In this document: piece after piece, positions 49,195 through 61,780 of the stretch
How positions within the stretch are numbered: the stretch's first letter is position 1
How the letters are laid out: every line of letters begins with the position of its first letter
Source of the DNA: Dimorphilus gyrociliatus
Lineage: Eukaryota > Animalia > Annelida
Assembly: GCA_904063045.1 (NCBI GenBank)
Contig: CAJFCJ010000013.1
Coordinates: 1,036,156 to 1,100,155 of the forward strand
Direction: 5' to 3'
Length of the DNA: 64,000 bases
The notes under the pieces: generated by a model
Told to the model about the DNA's origin: nothing
The model's database searches: none
The model's input: the letters and a program-made list of their open reading frames with translations, nothing else
Translations under genes and position numbers: made by a program

Positions 49195-50610
49195 TTACTT
49201 TGGAGAATCGCTGGGTCTGATTAAAGATTCTGTTTCTTCTCTATTGAAACTCTTCTCCAAATTCTTTTTCGAACCAACAAAAAACCATAAAAGTAAACTA
49301 ACTATAAAATTTCCACCGAATATCGCTCCTATTAGAAGAAAGACCAATTCCGGAGAACTTTTTATAGTTTCTCTATAAACCATTTGTAAGATAGATTGAC
49401 CTAGCATACTTGAGGCAACTTCACAACAAGTTAGGAGAGAGAACACCTTTCCAACTTCATCTTCGTCCACCAATTTACTAATTGCAGATTTAAGTGTACT
49501 AGCTACCGTAGCGCTTAGCGAACCAACTGCAGTAACTGCAAACAAAATCCTCCAATCGGTCATAAAGAGCCACATACATATCATTTGTATAGTTTTTATA
49601 AATAAGCCTATAACAACGACGCACATGTCAGATAACTTGAAGAAATATTGGACAATAGGTAGAATGAAGATAGCCGATAGGCCCATCGATCCATAGTAGA
49701 TCGATAACCACTTGCAGTATTCCTTTAGCGTCCAAAGCATCGGTTTTCTAGATGTAAATTGTTGAACTAAATCGCCGGTTGATGCGATTCCCATAACAAA
49801 AATTAATTTTGAAAAGAAGAAAATGATAAGCATGCACCTAGAGTAGCTGGATCTATTCCTTATCAGACTCTTAACCGTATCCTTAACCGTTTCGAAAGAC
49901 ACTAGATAGTGTTTTGATGATTCGGTAAGACCTTTCGTATCCACCGTCTCGTCGGCTAGGAAGATGGCTATCATTATTCCTAAAGTTGATAGAGCCATTA
50001 CGATATTAAACATGAAATCACTGCCCCATTTTGCGGATATGAACACTGGAATAAGAGAACCAATTAATGAGCCAACGTATTGCATAGCTTGTAACATGTC
50101 AAATTTCTTTGTTCTTTTCTCACTCGTTGTAACATCGGCCGCGTAACTATAACAAGCCATTGTCATTAGGAACGTTTGTCCCAGTACACCAGTTAGAGCC
50201 ACCCCGCAAAAAGCCAACACCATAGGTAATGGTAAATTAACGAAGGGATCGAGCATGATAGCGTACGCTCCTATAAAATTACCTAAACAAGATATAATCA
50301 TCGGCAATTTCCTTCCAATCATCTTATCGCTCCACGCACCACAAACAAAACCAAGAAAGAATGGTGGTATGCCTAATAAAACTCTATAGATAATTATATA
50401 AAGAGCTCTTGACTTGTCGACGGCTTTAGCCTCATCCTGATACATTTCCGTAAACCTGCCCATATTACTACATTCTGAACTATGGTACAAATAAAAACAC
50501 AGACGTTCGAACATATACTGTATGAACGCCCTATCCAAAATAGTCTTTGAGATACGGAATAAGAGTATCTCCATTTCCGGAACGAAGTAGGATAAGCCGC
50601 TGACTTTCAT
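49195..50610 (-). CDS. MFS transporter, SLC46/PCFT-like
   Basis: Multiple hydrophobic helices; GAWSDKMIGRK motif A, YSYAADVT..EKRT, and SKLVDEDEVGKVFS. Confidence 0.88.
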   Translation of the reverse strand: MKVSGLSYFVPEMEILLFRISKTILDRAFIQYMFERLCFYLYHSSECSNMGRFTEMYQDEAKAVDKSRALYIIIYRVLLGIPPFFLGFVCGAWSDKMIGRKLPMIISCLGNFIGAYAIMLDPFVNLPLPMVLAFCGVALTGVLGQTFLMTMACYSYAADVTTSEKRTKKFDMLQAMQYVGSLIGSLIPVFISAKWGSDFMFNIVMALSTLGIMIAIFLADETVDTKGLTESSKHYLVSFETVKDTVKSLIRNRSSYSRCMLIIFFFSKLIFVMGIASTGDLVQQFTSRKPMLWTLKEYCKWLSIYYGSMGLSAIFILPIVQYFFKLSDMCVVVIGLFIKTIQMICMWLFMTDWRILFAVTAVGSLSATVASTLKSAISKLVDEDEVGKVFSLLTCCEVASSMLGQSILQMVYRETIKSSPELVFLLIGAIFGGNFIVSLLLWFFVGSKKNLEKSFNREETESLIRPSDSPK

Positions 50611-50793
50611 AGTTGGGCCGGTCGAGTGTAAATGACCGCAACACCCGATAAACAACCCCGTTGACTTACTTTTTACCTTTTTTTAGTACTTAATATTAGC
50701 CAATAGTAGTAGATATATATTTTTTATTTTCTTTTGTTTTTTTTTTTTAAAAAAAAACAGAACAAAAAAAAGTTATGACGTAGAATTTCTAAC

Positions 50794-51867
50794 TTATTTG
50801 GGAATTGAGCGTTTCTTAACAATAACTCTATCAAGTTTCACTTTCTTCGGTATATAAACGCAAACGTCTAATTCGGCAGAAAATTTATAACCATCTTTTC
50901 CTGTTAGCCAATAGGTTTTCATAAAAACATTCTCTTTAACCTCTACTTGACCTCTCTCTTCAATTTCATACTTTCCCAATTCCTCTAATAACTTCTTATT
51001 CTCTTCCGAAATATGTATCCTTAGCGCTGTGTTTGTTTAAATATATATATGCAGTATACAGTATATATCAATAAATAGGTACTTACGCTGACCGGTCGAT
51101 TCCATTCTTGACGCTATGGTTACCGTTTCTCCAAACAATGTATATCTCGGCATCTTTATACCAACAACGGCCGCCACACACGGTCCAGAGTGTAGGCCAA
51201 TACGTAGCATTAATTTCTGATCGGGCATATGAGGAATTTTAAACGTTCCAGTCATATTTAACAAATCGAGAGAGAGTGTCGCCACTTCCGCTGCATGTCT
51301 TATACCATTAGTCCTAGGTGCTCCTGATACTATTTGATAAGCATCTCCTATTGTTTCCAACTTATAGACGTCGTATAAGTCTATACGACTATCGAATTCT
51401 GTATACAACTTGTTAAGAAAGCTAACAACCTCCATTGGTGTTGAGGACGCACTTATCTTTGTAAACCCAACAATATCCGAAAAGAATATTGTAACGCTTT
51501 GATAGCTTTCTGCCAATACATTCTTATCTGATCGGAGATCGGATGCAATAGTGGGAGGTAACAATCGATGTAACAAATTTTCACTTCGTTTCTTCAATAA
51601 GACAACCTTCTTTTCAAAATTTTCCATAAATACTTCCCTGTTTTTCACCTCCATCTTCTGATTTTCCAATTCATGATCGAATCTCTTCTTAAGTTTTAAT
51701 ACAATGATCAACGATGAAATAAATAGAAGGAACGACAACGAAATAGAGACGACCTTACAAGTAACATTACATCTCTTCACCTCCAAAATACACCTAACGC
51801 ACGTTGATATAAAATGGGCAAAAAGAGTAATCAAGGGAAAGAAGTAAATGAAGGAGCTTCGTTTCAT
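50794..51867 (-). CDS. Short membrane-anchored guanylate-cyclase-like protein (2 TM, coiled coil, catalytic domain); exons 51867-51087 and 51026-50794
   Basis: VTIFFSDIVGFT, KLETIGDAY, RIGLHSGP, MPRY.LFG, ASRMESTGQ|PLRIHIS, MKTYWL; 60-bp intron at 51027-51086. Confidence 0.9.
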
Positions 51868-52145
51868 AGTGCTACCTGACAAAATGGCGTCATCGAGATG
51901 CTTTCATATTGATTTACTGTGTACTTGGTTACAGATAAACTCAAAGAGAATTATTAAGTATATATTCATTCTCTTTTATTATTTCTATATATCAACAGTA
52001 TATATAAAAACAGTATAAATTTATACTGCATATATATATATATATATATAAATTAGTTGTCTTTGGATAAGTTAATACAATGATAAGTCAAGTTTTAAAA
52101 TCTATTGTCTATTGACAAAGACTATTTATATACTGTACGAAATTT

Positions 52146-53225
52146 TCACAAATTTGCATTATGTCTTTGTGCAACTTTACGAACAAAGTCCGAATGGCTT
52201 GCGTATAATTTGATATCGCTGGTTATAGGCATCCATTGAACGTGTTTTGCATCGTCTCCAGCTTTTAATTCAATTTTAGAAAAGCTGGAACCTTCCTCGT
52301 CGTGAAAGTTATAAGCTTCCGTTTCCATCCAAGCATTATCCGTATTTCTAGGATCGTCTACGTAACCTTTGTAAATTTCTTCACCATTTGCAAATAATTC
52401 GTCAATTTTCTCCTTTAATTGTTTACGTTCTTCGTCACTAACCTCTAAAGATGCTAGAGCTTCTTCGCAAAATTCTCGCTTTAGAGTTTCACTGATGACT
52501 TCTCCTGCGTCCACCATACCTCCAGGTATAGCCCATTCTCCTGTGTCTCTCCTCTGAATTGCTACAAATTCCAAAATTCTTTTTTCCCTATCCGCCCAAC
52601 GAGTAACAATTGGATCAGCTGCATGATTTGGACCCCATCTACCCAATTCACCCCTTCCTCTAATACCTCTTCTTCCTCTAGGATTTAACGGTACACGCTG
52701 GTCCCCTTCTGTTGTCTCAAAGTCGTACGTCTTCTCATAGCTTATTCTATTTACTTTGTGACCATTTATTTCATCTATAGCATTCCAATTAGGGGTTAGT
52801 GTCCAATTAATGGGTTCATCATCCGCCCAAATCGGTTTAACACCCTTACTATCTTTCAAGACTCCAGGAGCAGTGAAATATACAGGATTATAATCGGGAT
52901 AGGATATAGACCAATCCAATAGTTCGTTGGCAACTACGATTCGCAGAACATTATATTTGCCATAGGCAGCAGTTTTCGCTTCCGCTTTGGCTTTATAATG
53001 TAGAGACGGGTTTTGAGTGACAAAAATTTGTCTCCAAATTTCAACAAGCTGTTGATAATCTATCAAAATTCTTATAGATTTAATACAGTATGTTGCTAAC
53101 TTACGAGATTTTGTCCTTTCTCCACAAAACCGTAGAGCCAAGCAACAACAGCAGCCATTGTTTCGGGAAAGCCTACTAGAACGAGTCTGACTCATCCTCG
53201 AGCAACGAACGAGTACAAACGTCAT
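52146..53225 (-). CDS. NUDT9: ADP-ribose pyrophosphatase (Nudix 9)
   Basis: PLNPRGRRGIRGRGELGRWGPNHAADPIVTRW, WAIPGGMVDAGE...LKREFCEEAL, LKAGDDA. Confidence 0.96.
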   Translation of the reverse strand: MTFVLVRCSRMSQTRSSRLSRNNGCCCCLALRFCGERTKSRKLATYCIKSIRILIDYQQLVEIWRQIFVTQNPSLHYKAKAEAKTAAYGKYNVLRIVVANELLDWSISYPDYNPVYFTAPGVLKDSKGVKPIWADDEPINWTLTPNWNAIDEINGHKVNRISYEKTYDFETTEGDQRVPLNPRGRRGIRGRGELGRWGPNHAADPIVTRWADREKRILEFVAIQRRDTGEWAIPGGMVDAGEVISETLKREFCEEALASLEVSDEERKQLKEKIDELFANGEEIYKGYVDDPRNTDNAWMETEAYNFHDEEGSSFSKIELKAGDDAKHVQWMPITSDIKLYASHSDFVRKVAQRHNANL

Positions 53226-53410
53226 ACATATTAAACAATATCAACGAAATCGATCCGAGATTGATTTTTCGCGGTATTTTTAAAATAAAGATACTTTTAG
53301 CAGTTGTCTAGAAACAGATATGCTTTCGTTTATTTCAACCTTAAAAGAGAAACGTAAAAATTAGGTTATTCAAACACAACTGAAGACTTTATAACACAGA
53401 AAAGTTTCTC

Positions 53411-54798
53411 TCATCGCTCTCTTTTGTAAATTAATTTTAAGAGATTCAAAAACGGTTCCTTCTTCAAAATATTCTGTTGCTTAATTATCCTTTCTAACTC
53501 ATCAAACGCTTCTTCTTCATAAGTCTTATAAACAGACACCATGCTTAGATCGTTATACAATTGCTTAACTCTAGCTACATTTTCTTGACCCGATTTTCCG
53601 TAATTTTCTTTCAGAATTTGTAGTATATTTTCATTATCTATTTGTAAAACTTTAGCCACTAGCCAAGTACATTTGTTGTCTTCAATATCCGTTCCTACTT
53701 TACCGGTCACTGTCGGATCACCGAAGCAATCTAAAAAGTCGTCTTGGACTTGGAAAATATGTCCCATTTCCAAAAGAATCTTAGTTGCTAGATCGTGTAT
53801 TTCGTCTGAACTGATACCAGCCATGTATAGCCCACACCTCACTGGAAGGACAAACGAGTAGTATGATGTTTTATATTTTGCAATAGTTTTATATCTTCCA
53901 AGAGATAGGCGGACTTCCATTGGTTCCTTTGGGCAAGACGATTCCAGATCTAATGCTTGTCCATGAATTGTGTTTGACTGAATCTAAAAAAGAGAGATTT
54001 ATTATTTAAATAAATAAAACTTCAATGAACTTTTTACCTCCAGAAACAAGTCGATAACATCACGAAACCATGTTTGACCACGGCAAAATTGTCTCAAAAT
54101 GGTATATACTGCTGATTGCAGATATAAGCCATCATTAACAGCTACCAAGCCTACATCCTCCTACAATTGTCATAAAATAGAGCAATTAGCATTCAGTTTG
54201 TTATTCTAGCTAATTAATTACCTGTTTGTACCAGCAAGTTTTTCCGCGTCGAGTAACTGAATTGTCCATAATATCGTCGTGTACCAAAAAAGAGGCTTGA
54301 AGCTGTACTCGAAAAAGAAAATTTTCAATGGAATATTTTTGAAAAAGCATATTATTTATTAACCCATTCCAAACACCATCCAACAACCCCAGCTATTCTA
54401 TATTCAATATCATTGGGAGGGACTTCCTTAAACGAGGCCATAGATCGAACGGCAGTTAAGCCTCTCGTTTTTTTCCCGCCTGGCACATTATAATCGTTGC
54501 ATTCTCTAAACCTCTTTAAAACTATTTTCATGTGTTCATCCTCTGCATGAAGAGTTTCCAAATAGTGGACACACATTCTGTATGCTTCGTCAAAATACTT
54601 CGTCGCAACATCACTGGAGGAATTTGCTTTTCCTGGTGGGGGAGCGGGAGTACTGAAAGAGAATCATGCCGTATTAGCAATTGAAATTTAGTTGTTAAAA
54701 ACGTGCATAACGAACACCGGTTCGAATTAATTTTTATGTTCCATTCTAAATTATTACACTTCAAGAAATTGAATAATATAGTATATCTTTTACCTCAT
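53411..54798 (-). CDS. FDPS: Farnesyl pyrophosphate synthase (multi-exon)
   Basis: [72 protein letters not shown]. The start at 54798 is inferred from a 5-nt first coding exon. Confidence 0.95.
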
Positions 54799-55999
54799 TT
54801 TTATAAATTCGATTTCCTAGAATGTTCAAATGACGATTAAAGGATGTTTTATTGAACTAGAATCGCCTCAATATCAAATATTGAATAAGCGGAAATGATA
54901 CCACTCTAAGAGGCGGTTCGTAACCAGATTATTCTCTTACCGCGAAAAAGTTGTAATTCAATTAAAGAACTTTTTTTGTTCCAAAAACTTTAAGCAAACC
55001 TTTTAGATTTAACTATGTTATTAATTATAATTTAAAAACTAATAGATAACTTCGGCTTACAAATGAGTCTTAGTAAAAACAGCGAAATTGTGTTTTCGAC
55101 TGTTCGTATTTATCAGTAATATATGATATATTACCATAAACATACCTATATAATGTCAATATTTTAAGTATGTAACAATAAAGTAAACAATATAGATATT
55201 CAATAAACCTAATTTATTCTTACAATTGCTGCATTTTCATCAAAGATCTTCAAATGTATCTCGATATGTTAAATAGAAACTCCTACTAAAAAACTTAGCA
55301 CCAACTCAATATGGCGTGAAAAAAAAAATAATTGCCGCCATTTTTTAGTCAGTGTAATTGAGTACTTGATAATTCTGTAATAATTTCGACATGTTCCAAA
55401 AGTAGCCTGCTAAACTTTATTTAAAAAGTGTAAAAGTTTTCAATTCTTGGCTCAATTCGAGGCTAAGTTACTTTACACAACTAAACAATTTGTTTGATAC
55501 ATTTACTTCAGTAATAAAGTTATATTTCGGAAAAAATACTCAAATATAGTAAGCGCCACGCTAACTTATACGCATTAAAATTTCATATAAAAGGAATATA
55601 AAAAGAATGAAAAAGATTCAGACCCGAAACGCTGCTTCCGAAATTCTCTCATTTTTTCCAAAAATACTTATTCAGCTTACAATGTTTCACCAATGTTTGC
55701 ACTTGAGTGTTGCCAACTTGATCTTTTTATATGCGAATTTACAAACTTGGTAAAACATTACAGAAATGGAAACTGGTTAAAAGATATGAGAAGTAGTACT
55801 TTATAAGACAGAAAAATGGCTAACTGTCAAATTCGTGCGAAACATTTTATTAATAGGAAGAGAATAATATTTAGTTTTAGGTCTTTGGTGCTTTTAAACT
55901 TAAATATTCGTATTAAAAATTTGGCGCCATCTATTTCATTTATGTCAATTAAATAGGCTCCTATTTGAAAGATTATTTGCTATTCAATAGTGTCAAAGG

Positions 56000-56440
56000 A
56001 TGGAAGAAATACTAGGCTACGAAAAAGATATCAATAAAGATTACTATACTATTTTGGGATGTTGTGAAAAATCCAGTATCGAGCAAATATGCAGCGAATA
56101 TAAAGCAAGAGCCCTTCGGTGTCATCCGGACAAATGCAATAATTGTCCAGAGAAAGAAAAAGAATTTCAATTATTACAGATGGCGAAATCAGTTCTAACT
56201 GACCCTGTTAAAAGAAAAGACTACGATTGCTGGAGAAACAGCGGCCTGGCTATTTGTTACAAAGATTGGGTTGCGAAAAGAGAATCTATTCAGACTTCGA
56301 TGCATTGGGTATCAAAAAAAACCAATCAAACTCCAATGATTCACCATCCTTCTTCAAACGTTGAAGAAGATACAACAAATTTCTGCTCCAATCGTACGGA
56401 GAATCCAATGTTAGCAAAATTTCGAAACTATAAAATTTAA
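56000..56440 (+). CDS. DNAJC12: J-domain protein JDP1/DNAJC12
   Basis: DYYTILGC..SSIEQI.SEYKARALRCHPDK, TSMHWV and terminal KFRNYKI match DNAJC12. Confidence 0.9.
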   Translation: MEEILGYEKDINKDYYTILGCCEKSSIEQICSEYKARALRCHPDKCNNCPEKEKEFQLLQMAKSVLTDPVKRKDYDCWRNSGLAICYKDWVAKRESIQTSMHWVSKKTNQTPMIHHPSSNVEEDTTNFCSNRTENPMLAKFRNYKI

Positions 56441-56744
56441 GAACTTAAATTAGTTAGTTCATAATAACTTTAGAATGATTAGTTTTCAATGTTGTTTAGA
56501 ACATTACTATTGTCTATATCAGTAGTGAAATGACACGTTTTGATAAGATTTGTCATTTTCTTCCTCAATATTTACTTGTTTATTTCCATAAGCATTTAAA
56601 CAATGTTCTTCCAATAGTTTCTTGAAGTTTTCACTTAGGAGTATTAAACTACATAAAATCTTTATTAATCGTGCAGATGCTTTAAATTTTCTTGAGCGTC
56701 ATATTTTTTATGCTGTTATATTTTGAAATAAGGAAGATATTTAG

Positions 56745-58206
56745 ATGATTTCAGTTAAAAATATCATGTACTTTCGAATAACACGGAATATCGCTCATCG
56801 GTTTTACACAACCATATCAGAAGTAGATTATTATGCTTCCCATCCTGAAATAGATGCTAAAAAGTCATTGGAACCTCTTCATATACCCGTGATGTTGAAT
56901 ACTGTAAGAGATATATTGAAACCCGCCAATAATAAGGTAAAGTTGAATAGATTCTTAATTCATTGTGTAAATAGAGCCGATTCCTGCCAGTCCAATAAAT
57001 ATAGTCTTGATATGATGCTTATAAATTGTTGTTGATAGGCATAGACTAACCTTATTGTAATATGCTCTCTTTTTTGTAGCAGATAGGATTGAAGTAATTG
57101 AAGTAGTTTCTAAGCTATTTTATTGCTTTCTATTTTCTCTAGGTAATTCTGGATATGACTTTTGGATCTGGTGGACACAGCTTGAACTTATTAAAACAAG
57201 CGCCTGAAATGAGAATTATAGCAGCTGACAGAGATTCACTAGCCAACTCAATTGCACTTGATTGTAATAATTACATGTATGTTTTTACATCCCGATACTG
57301 TGTTGAATAATAGAGAAAATGTTGCCTTTTTTTTAGGTCGAACATTTTACCAATTAAGTCGAAGTTTAGCCAACTTAAGTACAAACTGATAGCTAACGGA
57401 GTATTACCGTCTTCGTTAGATGGAGTTCTTATCGACTGCGGTGTATCTTCTATGCAACTGGATGATGCCGAACGAGGATTTTCATTTATTAGAGATGGAC
57501 CACTAAATATGTCAATGGATAACCCCAGAAAAGACAAAAATGAGCAAATAAAAGGCAAAAAAAATGCTAGTTTTGTAGTTAATCACCTTAATGAAAAGAC
57601 TTTGTCGAAAATCATTAGGAAATATGGCGAAGAAAGACATGCTAAGCTAATAGCAAAGAGAATTGTGGAAAACCGCTTGATTAATAGTACTTTGGAATTA
57701 GCAGATGTCATATCGTCAGCTATTCCCAGGGGATACGGCTCGTACGTTAGAATTATTGTCATCTGATCTTATTATAAATCAAAAAATTTATTTGCAGCAG
57801 AAAAGAATTGAGTATACATCCTGCGACAAGAACCTTTCAAGCTATTAGGATATATGTTAACGATGAGCTGAACGAATTAAATTCTGCTATAGAGTGTGCT
57901 CACCTCTTCTTAAATGAAGGATGTCCATGTGTTGCCATTTCATTCCATTCTCTAGAAGATAGAATAGTTAAACGACACTTTCATTCAATAGATTTCAATA
58001 TGAAGAACAATCTATCTGCTAGACAACAAATGATATTATCAGCCGGAAAAGCTTATACACATTCGATGAAAGACATTAAAAACTCTGTCAGAAAAGGGTG
58101 GAAGCCGCTATCTCGGAAAATTTTCAATCCAGATATGCAAGAAATTTTAGCGAATCCCCGAAGTAGATCAGCCAAATTACGTGCCGCAACTAAAGAATTA
58201 CTATAA
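56745..58206 (+). CDS. METTL15: Mitochondrial 12S rRNA m4C methyltransferase (RsmH/MraW family), multi-exon
   Basis: HIPVML, LDMTFGSGGHS, DCGVSSMQLD..RGFSF..DGPLNMSMD, YGEERHA, HPATRTFQAIRIYVNDEL, ISFHSLEDRIVK, NPRSRSAKLR. Confidence 0.95.
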
Positions 58207-58300
58207 ATAAGCGCTTTCACATTTTTATTAACCGTAGTTGTTTAATAAACACTTTATATGGATGAAACGAACGAATAAGCAAAAAAAAAGAAGTGTTCTT

Positions 58301-60153
58301 TCAAAAGTAAACCTCGCTGATTGGATGATTATGACCACTCCCGGATGTTTCAGTTGCGTTAGAGCGGCCAGTCGATGGTCGGCTTCCCAAAAAGCTAGAT
58401 GATGCCGTTGGACGAGGTTGAAGATTCGTCTTTCCATACTGAGATAGCACAGCATTACTATTGTTTGTCGAGGGAGGTCGGTAACGAGAAACACCGTTAC
58501 GAGATCCATAGCTAGTCGACATACCGTAGCCTACATTTCCAACAGATGCTTGTGTATTGTTCGGATAGCGTTGTGGGTAGGTGGTCGACGAAATATTACG
58601 GTATTTATCCGAAGGAAAACGCGATTGCTATTGGGTGAAAACAAATAATTTTTACTTTTAAGTAATTCAATAAGGATTGTATATTACCTTTCCAGTAATT
58701 CTCTGTGCTGTCGTTGAATTTTCAGTGTTCTGTGCGGCTTGTCCAGGAGGGAGGGGAATTGGTGGCGGTATATCTGGTGTGCTCACCAGAGTATCAGTAC
58801 CAGAGTATGCCGATCTTATTGGCATTGAAACTGCATTAAATCCCGAATGAGCCGTATTTATACTCAGGGGTTCCATAGTCGACATATATGATGGCTCTAT
58901 AGCTTCTTTATAAGTATTTTGTTGACGTACATTGTTGTCCATTGATTTCGTGGCTCCAGAGTTCATTTCGTCGTTAGGTGGATTGGTACCCTGCGTTGGA
59001 ATGATTATAGAACCATCCGTCTTGTCGGCTCTTTTTTCAGAATCGAACACAGAATCTTGCAGGAAGCTAAAACTACCTTCTTGCACCGCCTTTACAATCT
59101 CAACTGGGTCATTTTCTCGACACCTATAAATAGATTCATTTCCGTAAATTACGGCCGGTTTCGTATCAGGTAGTTCGGTATCAACAGGATTTGGTGGAAT
59201 AGGTTGAATTGGAGCCATTGGAGGTATCAACGTATCAAAGTAATTACTTTTTGCTAACTTGTCAAGCAGCTTGCAGATATACGAGTACGACACGTCCAAA
59301 CCAGGAATTTGTTCTGGGCTCTTGTTGATTATTCTTATTAAGTGGTACGAGGCAGATGATATTATATCATTATATTTTTTTCCTATTCGTCTTTCTGTTG
59401 ACAATAAAGAGTACATTCGGACTAAAGCATCCACATCTCTTTTCGATAATTGCGGAGCCTCATTAACACCGTTTATTAAATCTGTTCTAGTTTCTTCCAT
59501 TGTCAATTGAAGTAAAATGTCTTGGATTTTGAGGACGAATTTAACGTCTTCATTCAAGGGAGCGTCCGTCTTCAATTTAATCACCTGTTCACTATCAGCA
59601 GATTCCGATGATGTATCGTCAGAAGCTGTTGATTCTCTTTTCTTCGTAGTGGGTTCCGATTTCATTGGATCATTTATTCTTTCAATGTCAGATTCTATTT
59701 TGGCGACCTAAAGATATCGAACATTGGAGCGTATTACGCAATGATGGCGAATAAAAAAAGAAATATAGCATATATTTACATCTTTTAATACTTCAGTATA
59801 GGTCTTGTGCATTTCCTTGGCAAATTCTATAACACCCAGCACTTCTCCGTAGTGTGAAATAGCCTCCTGTTCGTGGATATTTAGAAAAATTGAACCATAC
59901 ATGTGTTTTGATCAACTTGAATAACTAACCTTTTGTTCTGGTTCTAGGACTTCACCAGAGTCAAGTTTGCTTTGGTAGCCTTGTAGTTTAGTCTGTTGTG
60001 AATATTTAAGAATAATAAAAGCTGTCGAAAAAATGACTTAAAAATGTAAAACTAAGGTAAAACCTTGCGTTTATCTAAATTCCGTATTTTCTTTTCTAAT
60101 GTCCCCAGAAAACCATTAAGTGGCTGATGTAACAGTAGCATGTTATTCTCCAT
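58301..60153 (-). CDS. CAPRIN1: Caprin-1 homolog (multi-exon)
   Basis: Exons read LEKKIRNLDKRK | KLQGYQSKLDSGEVLEPEQK | EAISHYGEVLGVIEFAKEM, then VKFVLKIQD and SFSFLQDSVFD (resembles the G3BP-binding motif). Confidence 0.85.
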
Positions 60154-60229
60154 ATTTTTCTGAATAGAATTTGCTTCTATTGAAGACGCGGACGGCATGT
60201 AATCGACTTATAGCGGCACAAATTTGTTA

Positions 60230-60490
60230 AATTCACGTGCTCTGACCAACAACCCAGTAAAAAGGAAGAATAGTCTCCGTCCGGCGAACTACGCCGGTCA
60301 CTTCCGGTAAATAGTTCCTATAAAAAAATACGATTTTTACAAAAAGTACATCATTCAAAAAATTTTCCCAAAGTGAAAATGTTTTTCGTTTTTTTTTCAT
60401 TGTACTGACGTGATTACTCCCTAAAAATGACGATCCGGACTAATTTCGAGCTAGAGTATTAAAAAATCATTTTAGAATATATAGATGGCG
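60230..60490. promoter_or_regulatory. Divergent promoter between Caprin-1 (-) and serine dehydratase (+)
   Basis: The starts are about 380 bp apart. Contains an ETS-like CACTTCCGG (about 60300), CACGTG, TGACGT and TAGATGGCG (60482). Confidence 0.55.
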
Positions 60491-60530
60491 TTATTAAAGA
60501 ACTTCCTTTCGAGTTTCATTTGAATAAAGA

Positions 60531-61780
60531 ATGCTTCACGTTAAAAGTCCACTTATTAAAAGTACCTGTTTGTCAAAATTAAATAACAGAGAAGTATATT
60601 TGAAATTGGAGAATACACAACCTGCTGCCACCTTCAAAATTAGAGGTATAGGCCATAAAATCCAAAAGGTAAAGAAACTATTTTCTAAAACTTCTATTAA
60701 AACTAAAAGAATGACCCAAATATTTATCTTTTTCAGGAAATAAAAAATGGAAAAAAAGAATTTGTGATATCATCTGGAGGAAATGCTGGATATGCTGCAG
60801 CATATGCTGCGAACAATCTTAATGTTCCAATGAAAATTTTCGTACCACAGAGCACTGACCGATCGATTATTGACAAATTGGAGGACGAAGTATGACAATG
60901 CAGAAACATTTAAAAGCCTTAAATGTTATTTTACTATTGATAAACAGAATGCTAACGTTGAAGTCGCAGGACAATTTTTCGACCAAGCAAACGAACGAGC
61001 CCTAGAGTATGCCAGAAGTAATAATGAGGTTTGCTTCATTCATCCTTTTGATGATCCGGATTTATGGTAGGCTTGCGTAATCTAAATTTATAAGCAATGT
61101 CCTAATTGGTATCACTTATCTAGGATAGGACATGAGACATTGATTCAAGAGATAGTTGAGCAAACAGAAAAGCCTGAAACAATAATCGCGTCGGTTGGCG
61201 GGGGTGGATTGGCTATGGGGATAATTAATGGATTAGTTAAGGCTGGGTGGGATGATGTAAATTTGGTAACAATTGAAACTAAAGGGGCTGACTGTTTTTA
61301 TGAAGCCATTAAGGCCAAGAATAGAATTACTTTACCCAAAATTACCAGGTAGAATTTATATACTTATTCATATACAGTATATCCGTTTGTTATTCTATCA
61401 CATTCGCTTTTAATGTTTCATTAGCATTGCAAACTGCTTAGGTGCTTTAAGAGTTTGCGAAGGTCTCTATGATGCATATGCGAAACAGACGATACCTATA
61501 AAGCCTTACCTTGTTAGTGATAAGGATTCGATTGTGGCCATAAGAAAATTTTTAGGTTTGATGGCTTAATCATTCATCTTCAGGGATTATTTACTGTTAA
61601 CACTGAACAGATGATCATAGGATATTTGTTGAGCCGGCTTGCGGAGCCACTTTGGCAGCCTTGTACTCCAAAGAAATTAATTTGGCCCCAAAAGGGGGTA
61701 AGATTGTTGCCATAGTTTGCGGTGGAGCGGGAATTAGCATGAGAATGTTGGAAGACTGGGAAAAAAAGCTATTAAATTAA
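60531..61780 (+). CDS. SDS: L-serine/threonine dehydratase (SDS/SDSL family), ~6 exons
   Basis: LHVKSPL, VYLKLENTQP..FKIRGIG (PLP lysine), SSGGNAG, FIHPFDDP, ASVGGGGL, VEPACGA, VCGG. Confidence 0.93.

Noticed and set aside
51041-52039. 18-bp inverted repeat ATATATATATGCAGTATA / TATACTGCATATATATAT around the cyclase exon
   Set aside because: Mostly a TA dinucleotide run with only 8 bp of complex sequence; no TSD or other element features.
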